From: an uncultured Bacteroidales bacterium
GTDB lineage: Bacteria; Bacteroidota; Bacteroidia; Bacteroidales; ML635J-15
DNA length: 43,727 nt
Direction: 5' to 3'
NCBI GenBank assembly: GCA_964407055.1
Contig: CAYOUD010000002.1
Span: 1 to 43,727, forward strand
Position 1 is the stretch's first letter; each line of letters opens with the position of its first letter. The notes under the pieces are model-generated. The model made no database searches and was not told the DNA's origin. It worked only from the letters and a program-made list of their open reading frames with translations. The translations under genes and the position numbers were made by a program. Shown here piece by piece: positions 1 through 6,713 of the stretch.

Positions 1-177
1 GTGCAGCCAAAATTATGGAAATTTTATTGCATTATCCCGATAGTGCTTCAAAAAAAATCATTGTCTATGAAAAACGCTGAAAATCTTGATGCGAAAGAAT
101 TATTAGAAGTCCCCTTAAAAAAGATGATTGGAAATGGATTCAATTTCAGCAGAAAACCGCAGATAGATTTAGTTTAA
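1..177 (+). CDS. possible 3' end of a CDS truncated by the window edge (unknown product)
   Basis: Frame 1 is stop-free from base 1 to TAA at 175-177 (58 codons). There is an in-frame ATG at 67. No motif recognised, and it is too short to appear in the ORF track. Confidence 0.25.
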   Translation: MQPKLWKFYCIIPIVLQKKSLSMKNAENLDAKELLEVPLKKMIGNGFNFSRKPQIDLV

Positions 178-607
178 CGGTGGCGTTTATGAAACGTTGA
201 GGATTTCAATGCACTGCACTTTCAACTCGTTGGTATGTTTATTAAATGTTCTCATGTTTAAATTTACCACCTGCTGCCCAATGACATATGACACTTTGTT
301 ACCTGCTGGGCGTTCTCTTCGTTTCATTCAAGCTACTCCATTTTCAATTTAGCACTGCCCCGATTTTGTTTTCTGGGTCGGCAAAAAAGCGTTGGCAAAC
401 AGATAAGCGCTCCCCGATTTCTTCATCGGGATGTGCTTGGCTGTGTATGCTGGCTATTTTAGTTTCCTTGCCGCTAACTCGTTTACAAGCCTACCCACCG
501 ACCTAATTATCTCATCTGTAATATATTGTGTTCGTGTACTGAGATTCGTCTGCCTATCAGCTCCTGACAGCAATCAAGCACTGAAAAGCAGGCAGGGAAA
601 CTTCAAT

Positions 608-1264
608 CTACCAATATTGATAACAAATTGTTAAATGCTCAGATTGAGAAAGCTGTGTCGGATTGGTTCCTGGCTCTCCTTCCGGAATCGGACAATTCAA
701 ATTCTCAAAATAGCTTTCCCAATACGGCAGGCGATTGCCCGCAGAATCAGAAAAGGACATGGGCATAAGCTGGAAAATTGGGCGGTTTTCTTCATCAAGG
801 TAAGTTTCATAAACCAGCTCGCTACAATAAAAAGCCTGATTATGCATGGCAAAAACAGAATCGTAAGGCATTCTCATAAACGAAACTGTTTTTTCCACGG
901 GATTCTGTAAATGAAGCCTCGATTTGACTCGATAAGCGACAACCATAGGGGTTCCTTCCGGAGATTTCGCAGAACTGCTTAGAAATTGTGCCAAAGAAAC
1001 TTTACGAACTCCATATTCAGGCACGGCATCAATAACAAACGTTTTATCTCCATCAGTTTCAACAATCCCGACATGTGAAAAAGCCAATTTTTGACGATCA
1101 CCGGTTGATTGAATAATTGCATCAGAAAAATCGTTCTCCTCACTCAACTGAAACAATAAATCACCTGAAAGCGGAGTATAATGCTTTGTATCACATGAAG
1201 AAATAAAAAACAGGAGCAAAATAAAAATCAAATGACGATTTCGTGGATTACAAATGATTGTCAT
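608..1264 (-). CDS. YiiX-like permuted papain / NlpC-P60 superfamily hydrolase, lipoprotein
   Basis: 218 aa. Lipoprotein-type signal (LLLFFISSC). FSHVGIV and YCSELVYETY motifs are typical of YiiX/DUF830 cysteine hydrolases. Confidence 0.7.
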   Translation of the reverse strand: MTIICNPRNRHLIFILLLFFISSCDTKHYTPLSGDLLFQLSEENDFSDAIIQSTGDRQKLAFSHVGIVETDGDKTFVIDAVPEYGVRKVSLAQFLSSSAKSPEGTPMVVAYRVKSRLHLQNPVEKTVSFMRMPYDSVFAMHNQAFYCSELVYETYLDEENRPIFQLMPMSFSDSAGNRLPYWESYFENLNCPIPEGEPGTNPTQLSQSEHLTICYQYW

Positions 1265-1307
1265 AATAAAAAGCTAAGATTGAGACAAATAAAAAGCATC
1301 GAGCTTA

Positions 1308-1823
1308 TTAAAAAATCAAAAACAAAAGTGCTGTAAGCAATCCAACTGCCAAAACACCAACGAACAGATTTCTGGCAAAACGCACTTGTCTGCCTTTCTT
1401 ATCAAGCTCATATTTTGCTGCCAGCTTTTTAATCATCGAGGCAATGTGTTCAAATGCGTTATCATCTTTTCGGATAAACAATGCAGGCGTGTAATTACCG
1501 GCTGTCTGTTTAATATTAACATTAACTTTTCCTGAAAGCATTAACACCTCAGCATCTGGATTATGATGTTTTATGATTGGCAATAATTCCATTCCGGTTT
1601 TTGCATCCGGCTCATCACCGCTTTTTAGCATATAATCCAAAATGACAATTTTCTGATTGCGCCGAAATTTATTGTCATGAATAAAATGTCTCATGAATTT
1701 TTTCCCGGAGTTGTAAGTATGCAGATTATGTGGCAAGTCTAATTGAAAACGTTTTCTGAAATAATTCAGATAAATATCATCATCATCCACAAAATATACA
1801 TCTATGACATAATCTTTGCTCAT
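1308..1823 (-). CDS. receiver-domain-only response regulator with a C-terminal transmembrane anchor
   Basis: Acidic pocket VYFVDDDD, putative acceptor Asp in IVILDYML, conserved Lys in LFIRKDD. C-terminal hydrophobic helix LFVGVLAVGLLTALLFLIF. I chose the ATG at 1823 (MSKDYVIDVYFVDDD), which sits directly after the upstream TAG at 1825-1827. The track ORF extends to 1883 but would overlap the upstream gene. Confidence 0.65.
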   Translation of the reverse strand: MSKDYVIDVYFVDDDDIYLNYFRKRFQLDLPHNLHTYNSGKKFMRHFIHDNKFRRNQKIVILDYMLKSGDEPDAKTGMELLPIIKHHNPDAEVLMLSGKVNVNIKQTAGNYTPALFIRKDDNAFEHIASMIKKLAAKYELDKKGRQVRFARNLFVGVLAVGLLTALLFLIF

Positions 1824-1824
1824 A

Positions 1825-2718
1825 CTAAAAATTCGAACTTGGTTTACGATCCTTGAGCGACTCTTTCTCTTTATCACGCTCATAATTTATTGCCCTTTCG
1901 GGATCAATATCTGACACAAAATACCAATTTCCTTTGTCAAATTCAAATGCATCGTAAGAATAATCAGAACCGTAATATTCAAAATACCCGATAAGCTTAG
2001 GATCAGAGGGAGAAAGATGATCTAAAACAATGATATCTTGCTTTTCATTAAATCGCAAAATCATCTGTGTTCTAATGGTATAGGTGGAAATTAGTCGCAT
2101 TTCACGCGACCTACCAATTCGCAGTCGCTTTTTTCCGAAATTGGGCAAATTATGTCTATCAAATTCAAGGGTTTCCACAATTTTTTGCTGAGTCAATGCA
2201 TTTCTTCCACGCCAACCTAATAAGGTATAAACCGTAGAATTCTTATAAGATTTCTCAATAATCTCATAATAAATTGCACCATACCATTCGGCATGGCTAC
2301 TGTATTTACGCTCTAAAGAATCCCGTAAAATGTAAAAATCTTTTAACTCATAAACGAGCAATTCATCTTTTTTTGGTTGATATTGTATGAACCCATAACA
2401 AGTATGTGTCAAATCATCAAAAAGTAAATTCCAGGTAAACAAACGCAATTTTCCATCATCAGACTTTAAAACAGAAATACGTTTCAACGAATCAACCGGA
2501 GCATCAATACTATCCGGATTTTTTAAAATAGATTTCAGGATTGTTTTCACCTCACGGTTAGCTTCAAGCTTATCGTCGTCTTTATAATAACTTGCAGCAT
2601 TTGTCAGCGTCTCATCAATTTGCTGAATATCACTCAGGAAAGCATCGTTTTCTTGAGCAAACAAAACGCCAGACAAGGAAAAACCCATTATAATTATGAT
2701 ACTTACTATTTTCATCAC
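1825..2718 (-). CDS. secreted hypothetical protein
   Basis: 297 aa ORF. N-terminal signal peptide (MMKIVSIIIIMGFSLSGVLFAQ). No family motif recognised. Confidence 0.6.
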   Translation of the reverse strand: MMKIVSIIIIMGFSLSGVLFAQENDAFLSDIQQIDETLTNAASYYKDDDKLEANREVKTILKSILKNPDSIDAPVDSLKRISVLKSDDGKLRLFTWNLLFDDLTHTCYGFIQYQPKKDELLVYELKDFYILRDSLERKYSSHAEWYGAIYYEIIEKSYKNSTVYTLLGWRGRNALTQQKIVETLEFDRHNLPNFGKKRLRIGRSREMRLISTYTIRTQMILRFNEKQDIIVLDHLSPSDPKLIGYFEYYGSDYSYDAFEFDKGNWYFVSDIDPERAINYERDKEKESLKDRKPSSNF

Positions 2719-2748
2719 TTAGCAAACGTACAACGTTCGTGCAATATT

Positions 2749-3942
2749 TCATTCCAGCTCATCTAAAGCCTGTTTAATTAGCTGAATTGTTTCTTTAATT
2801 TGATTTTCTGAGATAATTAAAGGGGCACCAATTCGAAACGCATTGGGTTTAAACAGAAACAAGTCAGTAATAAAGCCAATACGTGCTCCAATTGCCATAA
2901 CTTTCGCAGCTTGTTCAGCGGTTTCCATTTCAATACCGATAAATAAACCTTTTCCCCACAGCTTTTTGATTTTCGGATGCTTGAGCTGAGAAAAATACAG
3001 TGCTGCTTTTTCCTCAACTTGTGAAATTAAATCATCCCGAAGCAAAACTTTCAGATTAGCGAGTGCTGCGGCGCAAGACACAGGATGTCCGCCAAAGGTG
3101 GTAATATGACCCAGTATGGGATTGGTTTTAAAACTGTCCATTACTTGTTTGTTGGCAACGAATGCGCCTAAAGGCATACCTCCTCCAAACGCTTTAGCAA
3201 TACAAAGTATATCAGGAATTACATTCCAATGTTCATGTGCAAATAATTTTCCGGTACGACCAAAACCTGTTTGAATTTCATCAAAAACCAATAAAGCGCC
3301 AATTTCATCGCAGCGATCGCGTAATTTTTTAAGGTAATCATCATCTGGAATACAAATTCCGGCCTCTGATTGAATCGGTTCAAGCACGACAGCGGCGGTT
3401 TTTTTGGTGATTTGCAGCAAATCGCTCTGATTATTAAAACGCAATTGCCTAATATCGGGTAACAAAGGACGATAATTTCGCTTAAATGTTTCATCACCGA
3501 GCAAACTTAAAGCACCGTGGGTACTTCCGTGGTATGCATTTTTAAAAGCAATAATTTCAGAACGCCCAGTGTATCGTTTTGCCAGCTTCATTGCACCTTC
3601 GATTGCCTCAGAGCCACTGTTGACATAATACACAGCGTTTAATTTATCGGCAAGGTTTTCAATTAACAGTTCGGCGAGTTCAATCTGTACAGGCTGCACA
3701 AACTCCCCATAAACCATGATATGCATATGTTTATCAATCTGATCTTTAACCGCTTTTACAATTTCTGGATGCTGATGTCCCAGATTACTAACGGAAACAC
3801 CGGAAACCAAGTCATAAAATTTTTTACCATCCTGATTATAAATAAAAACACCCTCTGCCCTACTAGCCTCAAAACCCATAGGAGCTTCAGAAGGTAAGCC
3901 AAGATACTGCATAAACAGATTGCGCATGCTTGGATTTTGCAT
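2749..3942 (-). CDS. class-III PLP-dependent aminotransferase (acetylornithine/ornithine aminotransferase-like)
   Basis: 397 aa. Motifs GSEAIEGAMKLAKRYTGR, DEIQTGFGRTGKLFA and the PLP-lysine context DILCIAKAFGGGMPLGA. Substrate cannot be assigned from sequence alone. Confidence 0.85.
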   Translation of the reverse strand: MQNPSMRNLFMQYLGLPSEAPMGFEASRAEGVFIYNQDGKKFYDLVSGVSVSNLGHQHPEIVKAVKDQIDKHMHIMVYGEFVQPVQIELAELLIENLADKLNAVYYVNSGSEAIEGAMKLAKRYTGRSEIIAFKNAYHGSTHGALSLLGDETFKRNYRPLLPDIRQLRFNNQSDLLQITKKTAAVVLEPIQSEAGICIPDDDYLKKLRDRCDEIGALLVFDEIQTGFGRTGKLFAHEHWNVIPDILCIAKAFGGGMPLGAFVANKQVMDSFKTNPILGHITTFGGHPVSCAAALANLKVLLRDDLISQVEEKAALYFSQLKHPKIKKLWGKGLFIGIEMETAEQAAKVMAIGARIGFITDLFLFKPNAFRIGAPLIISENQIKETIQLIKQALDELE

Positions 3943-3943
3943 A

Positions 3944-4729
3944 TTAATTCATCAAATTTAAACGATTAAACAAATCATCTTTATAAGATTTCCCGATTGG
4001 GATATGTACGGTTTCATTGTTCACCTTCATGCTTATGCGATTCCCTGAAATTTGCTTTATATGGGCAAGATTCACAAAATAGGAACGATGCACACGAACA
4101 AAATTATCATTAGGCAATTCGTTTTCAATGGCTTTCATTGTAAAATGAATTAGAAATCGTTTTTCTGAAGATTGCAGTGACACATAATTTTCCTGTGCTT
4201 CAACAAAAAGGATTTCTGAAAACTTTATACGGACGAGGGTTGAATTCTCCCGAATAAAAATTTCATCCTTCAATTTTGGTTCATTGTCACCGGAAGCCTG
4301 TTTTTTGGGGCTTGCTTTTCCATTTTCAGCTTCAACATCCTCAATTGCACGCATTACTGCTTTGTAAAACCGTGCATAAGTAATGGGCTTCAATAAATAA
4401 TCCGTGACGTCATAATCAAATGCATTAATCGCATATTTTTCTTTCCCTGAAATGATAATCACTTTTGGATATGTTCGCATATTGTCGAGCAATTCCAAGC
4501 CTGTCATCTCCGGCATTTCGACATCCAGAAAAACGATATCGACTTGTTCATTTTCGGCAAGTTCAGACAATGCAATTACGGGGTTTTCAAATGATCCCAA
4601 CAAATTCAACCGCTTGGTTTTTCGCACAAATTCTTCGACTAACTTTCGGATAATTAAATCGTCATCAATGATAATACAGTTTAACATAGCCCTCTTATTA
4701 TTAACAATCAAAGTTAATATATTTTTCAA
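3944..4729 (-). CDS. LytTR-family two-component response regulator
   Basis: Receiver domain (CIIIDDD, VFLDVEMPEMTG, LLKP) plus C-terminal LytTR domain (VHRSYFVNLAHI). The alternative ATG at 4687 (MLNCIIIDDD) gives a more typical N-terminus. Its stop at 3944-3946 directly abuts the aminotransferase ATG at 3940-3942. Confidence 0.85.
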   Translation of the reverse strand: MKNILTLIVNNKRAMLNCIIIDDDLIIRKLVEEFVRKTKRLNLLGSFENPVIALSELAENEQVDIVFLDVEMPEMTGLELLDNMRTYPKVIIISGKEKYAINAFDYDVTDYLLKPITYARFYKAVMRAIEDVEAENGKASPKKQASGDNEPKLKDEIFIRENSTLVRIKFSEILFVEAQENYVSLQSSEKRFLIHFTMKAIENELPNDNFVRVHRSYFVNLAHIKQISGNRISMKVNNETVHIPIGKSYKDDLFNRLNLMN

Positions 4730-4732
4730 TAA

Positions 4733-5536
4733 TCACCAGCTAATTTGATGTATTTCAGTTTGAAGGCAATTGATTTTACAGTATTTTAACACATTCATGA
4801 GGAAATCAAGTTTGCCAGTACTAAAGCATTCTAATGAATACTGCTTTGTCGCGGTGCAATACAAGCGATTTTGAATCAGGATATCTTTCGTTCTACGGGC
4901 AATGGCTTCCGCAGGATTAATAAGATTGACGTTTGGACCTGCAATTTTTCGGATTTCCTCAGCAAAAAGTGGATAATGCGTACAACCCAATACAATTTGA
5001 TCCACATTTTTCTGCAACATAGGTTGGATAAGTGTTTTAAGCAAGACAACTGTCTCAGCACTATTAATTTGATCGGATTCTGCAAGTTCTACCAAGCCTC
5101 TTCCTTCAATATAGTGGATGTTTATGTATTGTCCATAAAGTTCATGCTTTTCCTTAAATAGTTTTCCTCCCAATGTTCCTTTTGTGGCAAGCACCCCAAT
5201 ATTTCCAGTTTTAGACAGTAAACTGGCGGGTTTAACTGCCGGCTCCATCCCAATAAAAGGAAGGTCAAAGTTTTGTCTAAGATAATCAATTGCTGCAGCT
5301 GTGGCAGTATTACAAGCAACCACAATTGCTTTCACACCTTTATCAAGGAAAAATGATGTTATCTTTTCAGCGCGCCGGATAATTTCGTCTTCAGACAAAT
5401 TACCATAGGGTGCATGTGCAGAGTCAGCAAAATAAAGAAAGCTTTCATGTGGCATTAGTTCAACTAACTGTTTCAAAACAGTTAGTCCCCCGACACCGGA
5501 ATCAAACACACCAATTTTTGCCTTGCTTAAACTCAT
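4733..5536 (-). CDS. murI: glutamate racemase
   Basis: Motifs IGVFDSGVGGLTVL, VVACNTA and LGCTHYP. I chose the ATG at 5536 (MSLSKAKIGVFDSG). The track start at 5560 lies inside the skp terminator hairpin. Confidence 0.93.
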   Translation of the reverse strand: MSLSKAKIGVFDSGVGGLTVLKQLVELMPHESFLYFADSAHAPYGNLSEDEIIRRAEKITSFFLDKGVKAIVVACNTATAAAIDYLRQNFDLPFIGMEPAVKPASLLSKTGNIGVLATKGTLGGKLFKEKHELYGQYINIHYIEGRGLVELAESDQINSAETVVLLKTLIQPMLQKNVDQIVLGCTHYPLFAEEIRKIAGPNVNLINPAEAIARRTKDILIQNRLYCTATKQYSLECFSTGKLDFLMNVLKYCKINCLQTEIHQISW

Positions 5537-5540
5537 ACCC

Positions 5541-5573
5541 AAAAATACAAAAAAGACCATTAAAAATGGTCTT
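5541..5573 (-). terminator. rho-independent terminator or attenuator after the second skp gene
   Basis: Minus strand reads AAGACCAT-TTTTA-ATGGTCTT followed by TTTTGTATTTTT. 8-bp stem at 5553-5560 / 5566-5573, T-tract at 5541-5552. Confidence 0.7.
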
Positions 5574-5595
5574 CTATAAAGTATTTATAACGAAA

Positions 5596-6126
5596 TTACA
5601 AACTCAATTTTGCTTTCACTTTTTGGGTTATACTGATGCTGTCATCTGATTTATACAATAACATTGAAGCATCATAGATATAAGTAAATCCCTCTTCATT
5701 GGCAACATCTTTAATTGCTGTACGGATTCTTTCATAAATTGGTTGCAACAGTTCACTTTCTTTTTCCTGCAAGTCAGTTTGAGCACGCATTTGAAAGTTT
5801 TGAATACGTTGCTGTAAACCTGTCCACTCCTCTTCTTTATCCTGTTTCAGAGTAGCTGGCCATGTTTCTGAATTCTCCATGTACTCATTGTACTTTGATT
5901 CCAACTCGGCATTCATAGTCACCAATTGATTTTCCAATTGTTTTGAATACTGTTGTAATTCCTGCTCAGCTTGCGTTCTTTCGGGCATAATCTGGAAAAC
6001 AGAATCTACCTGTACATGTCCCAGTTTTAGCTTTTGTGCGTATGAGTTATTCATTCCCACAAAAAGCAATATCATGCTTGCTAATAATCCAATACGTTTC
6101 ATATAATATAATTTAAATTTTGACAA
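5596..6126 (-). CDS. OmpH/Skp-family periplasmic chaperone
   Basis: 176 aa. Signal peptide, then a long charged coiled-coil-like region rich in Q/E/K. Lies directly downstream of bamA, as is typical for skp. Confidence 0.85.
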   Translation of the reverse strand: MSKFKLYYMKRIGLLASMILLFVGMNNSYAQKLKLGHVQVDSVFQIMPERTQAEQELQQYSKQLENQLVTMNAELESKYNEYMENSETWPATLKQDKEEEWTGLQQRIQNFQMRAQTDLQEKESELLQPIYERIRTAIKDVANEEGFTYIYDASMLLYKSDDSISITQKVKAKLSL

Positions 6127-6135
6127 ATATAATGA

Positions 6136-6651
6136 TTAATTTTTGTAACCCAACTTTCTCAACACATCATCGCTTTTGTCGTGTTTAGGGTCAGTATAGA
6201 GCATATTCAAGCTATTTGCGGTATCAAAAATCACAGCAAAATTTCCTTCCTGCGCAATTTCTTTCACTGCATTAAAGATATCATCCTGAATGGGTTTTAA
6301 TAATTCTTTGCGTTTTGAAAACAACATGCCTTCTCGACCGAAATACTTTTGTTGTAAATTGCGAAGTTCTTTTTCATTTTGTACGACTTCATCTTCGCGT
6401 TTAATTTTTTGTTCTTCAGTAAGAAATACTTTTTCAGCCTGAAAATCTTGGTACAATTTTTCCACCTGATTTTTAGCTTCATCTACTTCAGATTGCCATT
6501 GACCTGAGAGCTCGTCGAGTTGTTGTTTTGCTGTTTCATACAGAGGAATATTGTTCATGATATATTCCGTATCAACATACGCATATTTTTGAGCATTCAC
6601 AGCAAAAACGCTTAATACGATTGCGATAAAGGTTACAAATATTTTTTTCAT
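6136..6651 (-). CDS. OmpH/Skp-family periplasmic chaperone
   Basis: 171 aa. Signal peptide MKKIFVTFIAIVLSVFAVNAQ and a Q/E/K-rich helical core. Paralogue of the adjacent gene. Confidence 0.85.
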   Translation of the reverse strand: MKKIFVTFIAIVLSVFAVNAQKYAYVDTEYIMNNIPLYETAKQQLDELSGQWQSEVDEAKNQVEKLYQDFQAEKVFLTEEQKIKREDEVVQNEKELRNLQQKYFGREGMLFSKRKELLKPIQDDIFNAVKEIAQEGNFAVIFDTANSLNMLYTDPKHDKSDDVLRKLGYKN

Positions 6652-6713
6652 AACTTACTATTATTTTTGATTTCAGAGATTTCTATGCAAATAACAGACC
6701 AAAGTTTTTATTT

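Noticed and set aside
187-327. A 46-codon minus-strand ORF (MKRRERPAGNKVSYVIGQQVVNLNMRTFNKHTNELKVQCIEILNVS).
   Set aside because: Its length is not significant at this AT content. No motif was recognised and no promoter box was seen. It is kept only as a note inside the 178-607 finding.
470-510. The minus-strand sequence GGTGGGTAGGCTTGTAAACG, with GCGCTTATC about 85 nt downstream, resembles the GGGUAGGCUGCUUGAG ... GGCUUAUC segment of bacterial RNase P RNA.
   Set aside because: The universally conserved 5' elements (GAGGAAAGTCCGGGC and others) are absent. The space where the 5' half would lie is occupied by a well-supported protein gene (608-1264). The similarity is short and probably coincidental.
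530-600. Plus-strand CTGAGA ... CCTGA ... GCAGGGAA looked faintly like a TPP riboswitch core.
   Set aside because: The conserved spacing and the ACCTGATCTGGATAATGCCAGCG core are not matched. There is also no downstream plus-strand gene to regulate, because the next gene is on the opposite strand.
288-634. Track ORFs 288-506 and 431-634 (plus strand).
   Set aside because: They overlap each other and have an odd composition (Cys/Leu/Ser-rich, hydrophobic) with no motifs. The second runs antisense into the YiiX-like gene. They are probably not coding.
5537-5560. The longer murI start at 5560 (MVFFVFLG...).
   Set aside because: That ATG lies inside the stem of the skp terminator hairpin. The extra residues are encoded by the T-tract, and MurI homologues start close to the IGVFDSGVGG motif.
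5596-6651. Tandem skp/ompH duplication as a possible anomaly.
   Set aside because: As far as I know, two OmpH-family genes downstream of bamA is the normal arrangement in Bacteroidota. It is not unusual.
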